From the NCBI RefSeq assembly GCF_009914755.1, contig NC_060931.1: a stretch of DNA of 64,000 bases; one strand, given 5' to 3'. A model generated the notes under the pieces. It searched no databases, was not told the DNA's origin, and was given only the letters and a program-made list of their open reading frames with translations. Origin of the DNA: the human T2T-CHM13v2.0 reference genome, Homo sapiens. The translations under genes and the position numbers were made by a program. Positions 28,667 through 42,848 of the stretch are shown in pieces; position 1 is the first letter of the stretch; every line of letters begins with the position of its first letter.

Positions 28667-28910
28667 AGCACTTTGCGAGGCTGAGCATGAGGATTGCTTG
28701 AGCCCAGGAGTTTGAGACCAGCCTTGGCAACATAGTGAGACCTCGTCTCTACTAAAATTAGATGTGGGGTTGCACGCCTGTGATCCCAGCTACTTGGGAG
28801 GCTGAGGTAGGGGGATCATTTAAGCCTGGGAGGTCAAGGCTGTATGGTTGTGCCACTGCATTCCAGTCTAGATGACACAGCTAGATCCTATCTCAAAAAA
28901 AAAAAAAAAA
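28667..28910 (+). mobile_element. 5'-truncated AluJ
   Basis: Starts at agcactttg; TSD aaagtgctcatggg / aaaatgctcattggg. Confidence 0.85.
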
Positions 28911-28974
28911 ATGCTCATTGGGACAACAAAATGAATGAAAGGACTGATGATTTCTAATGAGATAGAAAACATTT

Positions 28975-29722
28975 TATGTGTCTATTTAGTTGATTGTATG
29001 GTTTTTGTTTTTAACTCTGTTAATTTAATTAATTATATTTATTGATTTGCATATGTTAAGCCAATCTTGCATCCTAGGAATAAAGCCTACCTGATCATGG
29101 TGTATTAACTTTTTGATGTGCTGGAGTTGGTTTGCCAATATTTTGCTGAGGATCTTTGTGTCTATGTTCATCGGGGTGTTGGCCTGTAGTTTTCTTTGTC
29201 TGTTGTGTCTTTGCCAGTGTTTGGTATCAAGATGATGCTGGCTTCATAGAATGAGTTAGGGAGGAGTCTCTCCTCGGTTTTCTGGAATAGTTTCAGTAGA
29301 ATTGGTACTAGCTTTTCTTTGTATGTCTGGTAGAATTCGACTATGAATCTACATCTGGCCCAGGGCTTTTTTTTTTTTTTGGTAGGTTTTTAATTACGAA
29401 TTCAGTTTCAGAACTCGATATTGGTCTGTTTAGGGTTTCAGTTTCTTCCTGGTTCAATCTTGGGAGACTGTGTATTTCCAGTAATTTATTCATTTCCTCT
29501 AGATTTTTTAGTTTGTATGCACAGAGATGTTCCTAATAGTCTCTGAGGATCTTTTGTATTTCTGCAGCATTAGTTGTAATGTCACCTTTGTTGTTTCTGA
29601 TTGTGTTTATTTGGATGTTTTCTTTGTTAATCTAGCCAGTAGTCTACTGATCTTGTTTATCCTTTCAAAGAACCAATTTTTTGTTTAGTCAACCCTTTGT
29701 ATGGATTTGTGGGTCTCAATTT
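28975..29722 (-). mobile_element. L1PB-like ORF2 internal fragment
   Basis: tttattgatttgcatatgttaa...ggtatcaagatgatgctggcttcatagaatgagttagggaggag, the reverse of L1 ORF2. Confidence 0.85.
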
Positions 29723-31918
29723 TTTTCAGAAAGCAACTGAGAAAAAATTATAAGGATATTATATTTGATACCAAGAAACCTGATATTCATAAAATTAGAA
29801 CATTATATAATCATAATTAAAGCAATTATTTAATCACAGTTTCAGTGCTCATTGCTAATCTTCTTAAAACTGAGATTTCATACTTGAGTTAATTTGCATT
29901 TGTCAGAATATAAATGGTACATCTTTAATTAAATTCTTTTACAGTATGATATATTGGTGAATGGTATTGACTGAGTCCTTTCACATCTTAGAATGTTTCT
30001 GTGCTGTCTTCACATATGCAGTGCAGTTTGAGTTCAGAATTTTAAAATTATTTCTTTCAAACAACTCCGAGGTATTTAATGGTTTTCTGCCATTCATTGC
30101 TTCATTCATCTTTATTTTTATTTTATTCCTTTGTAGATAATCTTCTAATTTATATATGAATAGTTGTAGATTCATTATATGTAACTGAAGTATTTACCAA
30201 AATATTTTTGTCTTGGGGATCTTTTCATTGATTCATTCTCTAAAACAGAATTTTCTTTAAGAAAAGTCAACTTTGGAGACTTCTGCTCCCAGAAAAGCAG
30301 AATAAATATTTGTACTTTTCTCTATTCCTTCTGCTAAGTAAAAACGAAAACTCTAGATATTATATATGAAACAAACATAAGAAGACTCTAAAAAGTAAAG
30401 AGAAAAAGACAGACTGGTTAGACATCTCAAGACCCAAGAAGCAATAGGATGGTCAGTTCTTTTGGACTTATATATTCCAGAGTTAGAGCTAAAGAAGGTG
30501 GCAATCTGGAAACCCTAATAGGCCATGGACAATGAAAGCTCCAAGAACACCAAAAGACAAGGAAAGGGGCAGCCTCACAAGACAAAAATATTTTAGACAA
30601 TAACTGCTGTACTCTAGCCAAACACCACTGAAAAACTGTGAACTCACCCCCAGTCACTCTAAAGCCAAGTTGGGAGCCTAGACTTCTACCCTTGTCAGGG
30701 TATAATGAGACACTCCAACCCCCCTGACAGGGTGTTCAGAGAAGGCCAAATAAAGAACTAGGACTTTCATCTCTGCCAGGCTGAGACCACATAGGGAGGC
30801 TGGAATTTTCCCTCTACTCAGTAGTAGCAAGGCCCCCTTCTGTGATGTCGGTGCCACATGAGGAATAGGACAAAGATTTTTTGCCCCTTCCATTCAGGGC
30901 AATTTTAAGTGGAGACCTACTGGGAAGCCAGAACTCCCACTCCTACCTAGTGATGAGTGGTTTCCTCCTCTCCAGAAGGTCTAACATAGGCCAAATGGGG
31001 AACCTAGACTTCTACTCTAACCTGCCAGTACAGGGGTGGCTGTATTGAAGCAGAGTTAGATGAAGCCAGCTAAAACAGAAGGTTTAAATAAGGTCCAGAG
31101 TCACATAACATAATACCCAAATTGTGTAAGCTTCAAAAAAAAAAAAAAAAAAAAAAATTACTCATCCAACCAAGAACTAGGAATATCTCAAATTCAATGA
31201 AAACAGACACTCAATAGATGCCAACAGAGATGCTAGAATTATATGACAAATATTTTAAAGCAGCCATAATTAAAATACTTCAAGCAATTATAAATATGCT
31301 TGAAAGAAATGAAAATATAGAAAATCTCAGCAAAGAAATGGAAAGTCTCAGCAAAGAAATAGAAGATCTAAAAAAGAATCAAATGGACATTTTAGAACTG
31401 AAAAATACAATAACCAAAAAAAAAACCACCCCAAAACAAAAAAACCCTCAACTTAATGGTGGATTTAACAGCAGAATGAAGGGAACCAAGAAAAGAATCA
31501 GTAAACTTGAAGATAGAACAAAATAAATCACCCTTAATGGACGACAGATAGAAAATAGACTAGAAAAAAAGAAATAAGCAGAGCTTTGGGGACCTGTGGG
31601 ATCTAACAGCCCTGTTACTGGAGACCAGGAAAGATAGAAGAAAAAGAATAGGTGGAAAAAGTACTAGAAAAAATTTGATGAAAAGCTCACCAAATTTGTT
31701 AAGAGACATAGTTGTAGAGATTCAAGAAGTGGAGCACACCCTAAACAAAAACTTAAAGAAATTCATGCCAAAATACATCATAATACTGAAAACTAAAAAC
31801 TAAAGACACAGAAAAAAATATTGAAAACAACTAAAGAAAAATAACACCTTTCCTACAGAGGAAATACAATTTGAATGCCAGTAGCTTTCTCATCAGACAT
31901 CATGGAAGCTACGAGGAA

Positions 31919-31998
31919 ACTGCACTCCAGCCTGGGTGACACAGGAGACTCCATCTCAAAAAAAAAAAAAAAAAAAAAAAAGAAGAAGAAGAAGAAGA
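31919..31998 (+). mobile_element. Alu 3' terminal fragment with A/(AAG)n tail
   Basis: actgcactccagcctgggtgacacaggagactccatctc followed by poly-A. Confidence 0.85.
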
Positions 31999-32341
31999 GT
32001 TTCATATCAGTAATCTAAGATCTTTCTTACTTCAAGAACCTAGAAAAAGCAGAGCAAAATAAAACAGAAAGAGAAGGAAGGTATTAATAAAGGTAAAAGC
32101 AGAAATCAGTGAAATTCAAAGCAGAAAGCCAAGAAAGAAAATCAATGAAACAAAGGGCTGGTTTTATGAAAAGACCAATAAAATTGACAAACCTTTTCAA
32201 AGACTGACAAACTTAAAAAGGAGAAAGAACGTACTAATGTCAGAAATAAAACAGGATATTACTACAGACCTTGCAGACATCAAAAGGATAATAAAGATAT
32301 ACTACGAACAACTATACACACATAAATCTGACATTAAAAAA

Positions 32342-32445
32342 ATTTTTTTTAGAGTCATTGTCTTGCCATGTTGCTCAAGCCGTCCTCAAACTCCTAGGCT
32401 TGACCAGTCCTTCTGCCTCAGCCTCTTGAGTGGCTGTGCCTGACT
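32342..32445 (-). mobile_element. FLAM/FAM monomer
   Basis: gtcttgccatgttgctcaag...ctcaaactcctaggct; TSD taaatctgaca / taaatttgaca. Confidence 0.75.
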
Positions 32446-34597
32446 TAAATTTGACAACTTAGATGGAATTGGCCTCCTTTCAAAAATGCAAAATACTACA
32501 ACTCACTCAATATTAAACACATAATATAAATAGCCTTACAATTATTAATAAAATTGAGGTCAAAATTTTAAAACTCCCCCAAAAGAAACCTTCAAGCCCA
32601 GATGATTGCAAGGGAACATTTTACCAATGTTAAAAAAAACAAAAAAACCCACCAATTTTACACAAACCTCTAGAAATTAAAAGAGGACAGAGCACTTCCA
32701 GTTCATTTTATGAACAGACAAGGCAGTACACAAAAGAAAGCTACAGACCATTATCCATCATGAATATAGAAGCAAAAATACTTAAAATATTAGCAAATGG
32801 AATTTGGCAATATATAAAAATAATTATATACCATGACTAAATTGGGTTTATTCCAGGGTGCAAGTTACAATGCTTGAAAACCAAATGTTATCTATGTCTT
32901 GCTCAGATTTTGATAGGAATTGTGTGAAACCCGTATATCAATTTGGAGAGAATTGGCACTTTTCATCTGTTGAGTCTTTCAATCTGTGGGACACCATGGA
33001 TCCATCATATTAACAGGCTAAAGATGAACAACCATATAATCATGTCAGTCAATGAAGAAAAAGCATTTGACAAAAATGAAACACTCATTCATTATAAGAC
33101 TCTCGGAAAAGTATAAACAAAGGAAAACTTTGTCAACTTGAAAAAGAGCATCTACAAAGTTCTGGAAGTTCTAGCCTCCACAACAAGGCAGTGAAAGGAA
33201 ATAAAAGATATGTGAATTGGAAAGGTAGAAAATAAAATGGTCTTTGTTTACAAATGACATAATTTACTGAATACTTCTAGAACTAAAGATTGAGTTCAAC
33301 AAGTTAGGGGGTGCATGTTAAACACATCAAAATCAATTGTATGTCTATATACTAGCAGTGTACATGTGGACACCAAAATTAAATATGCAGTACCATTTAC
33401 ATTCTCTCAAGGATAAAAATGAAATAGATGTAAACCTAACAAAACATATATAGCACTTGTATGTTACAAACTACAAATGCTGGTGAATCAAATATACTTT
33501 TAAAGTGGAGATATACTGTATTCATAAATTAGAAGATAATATAGGAAAGATGTCATGTCTCCAAATTCATATATAAGTTTCATGGAATTCCTGTCAAAAT
33601 CCAAGCAAAACATAAACAAGCTTATTCTAAATGTTTTATTTAGAGGCAAAGGATCTAGTCCAGCTTAAACAATTTTGAAAATGAAGATTAGGAAAGTAGG
33701 AATTCGTCTACTTGGTTTCAAGACTTATTTTATAGCTACAGTAAACAAGATTGTATACAGAGAACAGATAGACACATAGATCAGTGAACAGAAGAGAGAA
33801 CCCAGAAATAGATCCCCACAAATATACCCAATTGATTTTTGACAAAGGTGCAAAAGCAATTCAGTAGGGAGAGAGAACCTTTTTAACAAATGGTGCTGGA
33901 GAAATTGGACATCCATAGGCAATACAAAACACAAAACAAAAAACCTAACCTAAGTTTCACATCCTATACAAAAATTTACTCAAAATACATCACAAATTTT
34001 AAGTAGAAATATCTTTAGGATCTGGGTTAAGCAAAGAGATCTTAAGAGTTGACATCAGACCACAGTCTGTAAAAGGAAAAATGGTGAATTGAATTTCATC
34101 AAAATTAAGAACTTTCCTCTGTGAGATACTTTATTAAGAGATGAAAAGACAAGTTACAGAATGTAATAAGAAGAAACAAACTATTGATACCTGCAGTGAC
34201 TTGTATGGATCACCAGGGAATTATGCCCAGAGAAAAAGACAATCCCAGTAGGTTACATATGATAAGATTCCTTTTATATGTACATTCTTGAAATAACAAA
34301 ATTATAGAAATGGAAACTAGATGAGTGGTTGCTAGGATTTAAGGAGAAGGTGAGGACAGAAAGGAAGTGGATGTGGGTGTCAAAGGGCAACATGAAGGAT
34401 CCCTGTGGTTATGGGACTGTGGTGATGGAATATATCTTTACTCTATCAATGTCAACATCCTCACTGTGAGACTGAACAATAGTTTTACAAGATGTTACCA
34501 TTGAAGGAAACTGCATAATGGTTATGTCGGAGCTCTGTATTATTTCTTACAACTGCATGTGAATCTACAATCATCTCAAAATAAAAATTTCAATAAT

Positions 34598-34830
34598 TTT
34601 AATTTCATTTAGGTATAGTTTACATACAATAAAATGCCTCCTTTTCGTGTGTACAATTTGATGAGTTTTGATAAATGTATAAATGATAAATGTGTTGGTG
34701 TGTACCCACCACCACAATCCCCCAAGCAGGCTCCCTCATGCCCTTTTGTAGGCGATCTTCCCTCATCCCAGACCTTGGCAACCTGCAATATGCCACTGTA
34801 AATTAGTTTGTGTTTTCCAGAATTTCAGTA
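34598..34830 (-). mobile_element. L1ME 3' end
   Basis: aggtatagtttacatacaataaaatg...gtacaatttgatgagttttgataaatg. Confidence 0.7.
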
Positions 34831-36846
34831 TTTACTTTTAAACCACAATATTTAGATCTCTATCAATATCAGTAATATTTTCTTCAATAACTTATAACTA
34901 GTTTTGTTCCATTTGTCTTTGTTTCTTATTTGGAAAATTCTATTTTGTTTAGATTAAAATTTGGAATCTCCATCCTCCATGTCTGTTATCTTCTTTCTCA
35001 TGTTGTTTTCATTTCTTTGTTTCTTTCTTCTATGTATCAGGAGAACTTCTCATCTTTGCCCCTTAATCACTGATTTGATCTTCTGTAGAGTGATGTGTCT
35101 GTTACTCTCACCAACATGGATTCTAATGCTGCTCTGTGCTAAGTATTTCTTATAAACCACCTGTGGGCTCTGCTCCTCTCTTTGCTGCTCTGACTCTAAC
35201 TTCCCGTGGCCTTTCATCATTTAGTTTCTTCTTCTGTGGATGCTATTTCATCTCTTTGCCAAAACTCCCTCTGAACCACTGAGTCACTTCCTCTATTTAA
35301 ATCTTGCCTCAAAGCCTTCTTTTCCTTTTTTATTTATTTATGAATGAAACTCTCTGTGAGGAGTTTTGTGGTTCTATTTAAGGGCGCTATGTAAAGCTGA
35401 AGAGTATTATATAACCATCCATAAAATGTCTCTGACTGAAGTACAACATACAAATGGAGGCTGTACAATTCATAAACTTCTTTTATAGTCACCTATCACT
35501 TAATAAATATGAGGGGACTAACTGCATTACATTTTTTTCATGAACAAAAACCAGTCTTTGAAACAAAATTGCCTATGCTTTGGAGCCGATTCTATCTTTC
35601 ATGGTCTAAAATTTATGCATTGTGACTTTGTACTGTTGGAGATCAATAATTCTTCCCTCAATTATACAAAGGGTTTTTGCTACCTTAAAAGATATTCCAG
35701 ATATCTAGAAACCTTTTCTACGACCCAAACTCATTTTCTGTCAAAGCCACTTAATAACAAACAGGCACTACAACAATAACAACAAGAAAACTAGCCACAG
35801 ACTTTACACTTTTAAAAGCTCTGTTAAAATGAGGATTGATCCGATTAAAGATTAAGCATATTATGCAAGAAAAAAATGTAAAAGGCTTAAACTAGGAGTC
35901 CATTCTTTGGTTTTTTCAAAGAACAGGTTTGTTATTGTTAAAGTACCAAGTACTATTTCTTCTTGGAAGGTATAAATTTTATAAAAGGAGTGGCTACATA
36001 AAATGGAGACTTTTACTATAGGATACACAGTCTGTGGAAAGTTTCATTACCTTGTAGTGCAAGCTCCCTATTGCAGTTTATTGCCAAATCTGATGCTTCA
36101 CTTCAGAGAAATAGAGCTGGTTGGTGCCAATAATGGCAGAAGAATAAGTCCTTTAAGGATGGGCAGGGATTTCAGTTCAAAATGGCATCATATTCACATT
36201 TTATGAAATGTCCTTCCCTGGCTCTCTACTGAAATACTCATGAAGACATTTAAAAAGGCAAAACAGTTATGAAAACCAAAGACAGTTGTGAACCATTTAA
36301 CAGCTACAGAGGAATTCTCACCAACCACAGCAGGAAAGAACCTGGACGGGGACCAAAAATTGTGGCCCCGGCATGTGTGCCTCCACTTCCGAAAAAGAGC
36401 CTCATCCATGAAAAATAAAACAGTAAAATAAATAAAAATAAATTGGGAAATGTATAAAAATGACTCTAGTTCACAAGTAGAAATGAAGAAATCCAGACAG
36501 TCTGGTTTTTTTGTTTTTGTTTTTGTCTTTTTTTAGAGGAAAGGTTGGTATAGAAATAGTTTTCTGTTTAAGTACATAGCAATATTAGAATGTATATCAA
36601 TGATAGTAAAGAACTATAGAAAATCAAGTCAGTGATTTAGGAGACAAAGATGAGAAGTTCTGCCGTCCATGATGCAGAAGGTGGAGGTGAGTGCTGTATA
36701 TTAGGAAAGTTTTTGATTGAACCTAGTCTACTTAGAAGGTGGAGTAAGATCATTAAGAATATAAATTAGAGTATGACTCTAGAGTTGAAAAGAGAATCTC
36801 TCCTCCTGTTAGATAATTATATGTAATATTATATATGTATTTCTAA

Positions 36847-37146
<300 letters not shown>

Positions 37147-37339
37147 AATTTCTCAAATCTTCTAATGTGTAATCACATATGTATAAAATATATGTTGCCT
37201 ATATGCATATATATTTGTATGTGTAGAAAATGTGGTGTGTTTTAGAAGGAGAATGAGTAGTTAACTGTGCAAGTTTAGTTATGCTAGGCTCAGAGAGAGA
37301 CAAAAGCACAACACTGAGGCCTGGATTAATAGAAGCACA

Positions 37340-37870
37340 TCGTGCTAAAAGAAACGTCTAGTGAGGCCACTTAAGCTACAGCTGGGGGTCAGAAGTGATG
37401 TCTAAGATGAAGGAGGTATGGGAGTTGGGCAAAAAGAGTCAGGGAAATTGCTCCATGCAGAGGTGCTTTCGGCTGCAAATGCCTGGAGCTGGAAAAGCAT
37501 CAGGAACGGGGAGACATCCAATATGGATCAAACACAGAATGAGCAGTAAGAGTTCGGAGACAGAGGTGTCAGAATGGAGAGGACTGCTGGGAGATGGGGC
37601 TGGAAAGCAAGGAAGGGGTAAGTGACACAATTCAGAAGTATCATGTCAAGGAGTTTTGATGTAATTCTTTGAACAACAGTGGAGAAATATGAACAAGTAT
37701 AGACAAGAAAGATGTCTGTGGCCGCAGTCAGATTGGAGAGGAGTCAGGGAGACCAGTGAGGTGGCTGAGGCTAGTCACATCTGGAAAGCAGATAAAAATG
37801 AGTAATACCAAATATATAATTAACAGTAGCTGGTAATTGATTAGATTTGGATGGGGTTGGGGAGATGTGG
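37340..37870 (-). mobile_element. L2 fragment
   Basis: atgtcaaggagtttt...gggagaccagtgaggtggctg...gtaattgattagatttgg. Confidence 0.55.
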
Positions 37871-37909
37871 GAGCCGGAAACAGGAGGCATTGACACATAA
37901 TGATATGAC

Positions 37910-38085
37910 CAAAAGCTCTGGACTGAACAGTGCTAGGCTTACTTTGTAAGCATCATCAGTCTTCTCATCTAGCAAAGGGACTGATTAAAAAACTTACTTC
38001 ATGGAGTTATTGTTAAATTTAGATAAAATAGCATATAGAGTATGCTTGGAAACAGTATAGAATTGAAATATGGCTACTATTACTT
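37910..38085 (+). mobile_element. MIR
   Basis: tcagtcttctcatct...tacttcatggagttattgttaaattt. Confidence 0.55.
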
Positions 38086-38280
38086 TTCTAACAATTATTA
38101 CTTTATCATCAGGGCAACAAGTGAAATATGTTTTATGAGATCTTGCATCTTGATCTTTTGCCAATATATGTTTTCAATTCATGGGCTAAATAGGAAAAGT
38201 ATATACCAGATCCTGCATAATGTTTACTTGGGTGTTACTCATCGAAGCAGAGACACACCAAGGAGAAAAATCCCTTGCGG

Positions 38281-38682
<402 letters not shown>

Positions 38683-38722
<40 letters not shown>
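38683..38722. repeat. (GT)20 microsatellite
   Basis: Direct reading. Confidence 0.97.
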
Positions 38723-38724
<2 letters not shown>

Positions 38725-39074
38725 TGTATAAAGGGTCATACTCTAACATGCCATGCCATGAAGTGCCCACATAAGTCATTCACCTCCCATGTGAGTTTTC
38801 TAAATGTTCCGAAACGTATGTATGGAAAAATAAGCTGGCCCAATCAGTGTTTTCACATTTACCTCTAACTCTACAGCTTTTATCATTGCACAGCCTGCAT
38901 CCCAACAGGCAACAGTTATAACAAATGTTTCACCACTGCATAATAAAGGTAATCCTGTTTCCAAACAGAAAGAGTTGGAACCTCACAGCCAGATGTCCTA
39001 TCTCTTTCATTCGGCCAACTCTACATTTTAGGACGTGTTCTCTAAAGCACCCCTTCTTGGTTCAAAAAATGAGG

Positions 39075-39530
39075 AGTTCTGTCAGCCGTAAGTGATAGAA
39101 CACTTAGCTAACAGTGGTATAAAAACAGGGTTTATTTTAATCACTCACCAAAGTGGTAGGAAGTTGCCAACATTAATTTACTTACCCAACAGTGTCATAA
39201 GGGACCTGAGCTGTTTGCTTGTTTTCATTCCACAATCCTCTGCTGTCAGCTTTTCACCCTCATGCATGTCACATCCCTGCTGTAAGATAGCTACCTCAAC
39301 CCCAGACATCATGTTCATAGCAGAAACTGGGAGGAAGGTGCTGTGTGATGAACTCTCTTTCTACCTGCTCCTTTTATAAGACAGCTTCCTCAGTAGACTC
39401 CTGTTTATGTCTCACTGGTCAGAACGAGTTCCATGCCCACTTCTGGCTACAAGAGAGGCTAATAAGAACGTTCATATCTTGCTTTTAAAAGATCTCTATA
39501 GCAGGAGTCAGTCAAAAGAGAATGGGGTTG
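39075..39530 (-). mobile_element. Old MLT1 (K/L-like) LTR
   Basis: taacagtggtataaaaacagggtttatt...tgtctcactggtcagaac...ttctggctacaagagaggct. Confidence 0.6.
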
Positions 39531-39547
39531 GAAATGACGTTGGGTTA

Positions 39548-40037
39548 GTAGCTGTATCTATTGCTACATAATATACCCCCAAATGTAGTGGCTTTAAACA
39601 AAATAAGTGTTTCTTATTTTTCACAGTTTCTGTGGGTCTGAAATTCAGAAGCAATCTTGGGTGATCTTGACTGTTACATGTTGGCCTGGGCTGCACTCAT
39701 CTGAAGGTTTGGACTGGGGTTGCAGGTGCTGCTTCCAAAGTGGCCCAGGGACATGGCTGGCCAGCTTGACCTGGCTATTAGTGGTCAGCTTCAGTTTCTC
39801 CCCAGTAAACCTCTCCACAGGGCACAGCCGCTGGCTTCCTCCAGAGAAAATGATTCAAGATATCAAAGCAGAAGCTGTAATACCTTTTATGACCTGTTCT
39901 CAGAGGTCAGACATCCTTACTTCTGCAGTATTTTATTGAAAACAGAGGTCATCCCTGTTCAGTATAGAGGGACATCAAAGGCATAGCTAGTAGGAAGCAA
40001 GGATCATTGGTTGCCGTCGTGGAGACTGGCTACCATA
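39548..40037 (-). mobile_element. MLT1H/G-like LTR
   Basis: tatctattgctacataa...ccccaaatgtagtggctttaaaca; ends ggagactggctaccata. Confidence 0.75.
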
Positions 40038-42848
40038 GCAGCAAAGATCTAAGGTGCTGCTCCTATTTTATCTCCTCTCTCACTCGGCATTGGTTTTTTG
40101 CACTCATAGTAACATTTTTACAGCTTTTCATGCTCCCTGTCCATGAGCAGGAATGAGTGAATATATGATGAAGGAAGAAGATCCTTGATCTAAAGCTATT
40201 TTTAGTTGTCAAAAAACAATTACCCATACTTCCCTTTTTCACCAGAAAAATCCCTCTGAACTACCCAGCCACCAAAAGAAAGAAAAGAGTACACAGTGGG
40301 GTGTGAATGGCAATTCATACTTTCCCTTCCTGGGCAAATTTGTTGGAACCCAAAAATAAATAAATAAATAAGCCAGACATCACTGAGTGATTTTTAACAA
40401 AATCATAAGCAAAATTCCACTATAATAACATAGAATGAATGGTATGAATTGTTTTTCCAGTAGTGAACTATTCATATAGTATATCTAGATGAGACATAAG
40501 GGCAAGGAACTGTAACATTTTGAATACAGTTTTGTGCTTTAGGGCAGATATTTTTTCCTACATGAAGAAAGTATAGGTAATTTGATTCAGTGAATCTCAC
40601 ACTGTAACCAATTTGGTTTGTTTGCCCTGGGCTTTTAGAACAGTCCTTTCACTACTATTGCGAAGTGTTATTAAAAGCAAACAACAAACAAAGAAACCCG
40701 TGGCAAATAAATAAATAAATAGAAAACTTAGCCACTTCAGCTCATAATTTTGAAGTTCCTTCTGGTTGACTTTGGTAGCCACCTATAGTTCAAGATAGTG
40801 GTGACCAAGAATTATTCAAATCAGAGACTAGACATAAGAGTACTTTGCAGAGCCCAGGCCACCCTTCTGAAGGGTTCAGGCCATTGGGCTTCCCATATTC
40901 TTATGCCTCATTCTCTTTTATGTGAAGGTACAAACGTCTCTGTAGTATGTCTACCCAGTTCACATATCTTGACACTAAATTCACTGAGAAAGGAGCATTT
41001 CTAATATCCATTATGCTGAAGAACAAGGCCCCTAGTGTTTATCAATCTTGAAGATAGCTGAAAGCTATCTTGTGAAAACTGTATCTGGAGTTGGCCTTTT
41101 GTTTAAGATTTTTTCCATGCTAGCCCACCATTCCTGGAGTGTGTATCCCTGATAAGAACAGATGACCAGCTCAAAGGTGTACATTAAAATGAACACTTGC
41201 AGATACATTACTGATCTATGCTGGAGTGTCTTAAGGCTACAATCTCATGACAACCTCTCTCTGACTAGGCAAGTTTGCATCCTACCAGAAACAACTCCCC
41301 TCATTTATGCCAGTCTCTTGAATGAAGTCAAGAGCCTCTATTTATAATAAATAGTACTCTAGACAACCTTTCCCACTTTGCTGCTGTTCTGCTGGCTGGA
41401 TGCAGAGAATACCTTTTCTGGCATGGACAATAGAAGAGAGCTAGTTGATAAAATAGTGATATTCCATTAACATTGGAAAATTTATGATTAAAAAAGCCCA
41501 CATGTAGAAGGTAGAGTCCTGAGTCCAAGGCTAAATTGCTCAGGAACTAAAATTTAGTTTGTCTTTATTAAAATCCTCCTCCCTTTTCCAGATCTCATTT
41601 GCTATCCTGTGATTGATCCTCTTATTCACACCAGTATTCTCTCATGATGAGAATTTCATATCCAGTCTACACAATACCTTAACTGAAAGCTACTTACCAT
41701 ACTGCAGCATTTGTGTCATGATATAGAAAGATATGCTGTTTGATTTTTTTAAGGCATTGTTGCTAATGCATGGCCCTCCATCCTAAATTAAATGGTTAGA
41801 TGAAAGAAAATGTAATGTCATATTTTGGACCCTTCAGCTTTTTAAGGAACAAGTCCACAAAAGGTCATATCTTAATCTTCACAGAAGGTTTATTTTGCAG
41901 AGAAATGCAATCCTTTTTCTCAGGCAGAATAGGGAGGAAGGATTTACTATCAGAATCACCTAAATAAATAGAGCTTGTTTTTAACTTTTTGGTTTGGTAA
42001 TAGATGGATTTCTTTTAAAAAATCGAAGTCAGCTGTTTAACACCTGCAAAAGATTCAGGATATATTATGTTCAATAAGTGCTAACTTTTTAAAAGAGGCA
42101 AAAATTCAGCAAATAGAAACAAAAAAATCTCAGTACAATAAATGTTAGCATCTGAGAATCTCTCTTTGGCTTATTCATGAGTGTTACTTAGAAGTCTGTC
42201 TGAGGCTCATTAGGCCATTTAAAATCACAGGTCTATCCATGTGTAGACCAAATGTTTAAGAAAGGATTACACACCCACAAAAGAAGTAAAAGAAAAATAA
42301 AAGGCCTGAAGACTGTGCCTTGAAAGTCCCAGGGTGCATTCTCTTGTCAAAAGGTAATTATACTCTACTCACCTCCCCACCCAAGGATATAACTACTTGT
42401 TCCATGAAGTTTTACAGGAGGAAAAAAATCTCATATTTTACATTGGTACAATCCTAATCTGGAGGAAATTATGAAATTTATAACTGGGAATCACATATCC
42501 CCTATTCTGCATTTTCTATGCTCCCTTTGATTATGGTGACCATAGTTACCATATGCAAATCAGGCATGTGTGGCCAATGTAGTCATGATCATTCTACCTG
42601 GGGTTGGCAGTCTTCTAAAGTAGTAGTACAGTAGGTGAGGCTCTAGGGGCAGTCATGAGTAATGAGATGAAGCACCATGTCCACACTTAACATTAGGAAA
42701 ATTCATGCACTTTAAACCTGAACAAAATTGTAAGTGCGAGCATGTTTCCACTAGCAATGGACAACTGAAGACTTCCTCTGGAATATTAACTTCAAAACAT
42801 CCTGATCCTCATTTATAATACACCTCAGATACTGGGAACCATGGGGTT

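Larger units (their letters stand above)
30275..34596 (+). mobile_element. L1MD-like element: 5' UTR, ORF1 remnant, ORF2 remnant and 3' UTR, with internal deletions
   Basis: ORF 31218-31526 is an L1 ORF1 coiled-coil remnant; ORF2 motifs gaaaaagcatttgacaaa and ttgacaaaggtgcaaaagcaattca; 3' end ...tcttacaactgcatgtgaatctacaatcatctcaaaataaaaa. Confidence 0.85.

Noticed and set aside
31218-31526. 102-aa coiled-coil ORF
   Set aside because: L1 ORF1 remnant with stops and frameshifts immediately downstream; no sign of domestication.
41051-41071. 9-bp hairpin aagatagct-gaa-agctatctt
   Set aside because: Length is within chance expectation for this window.
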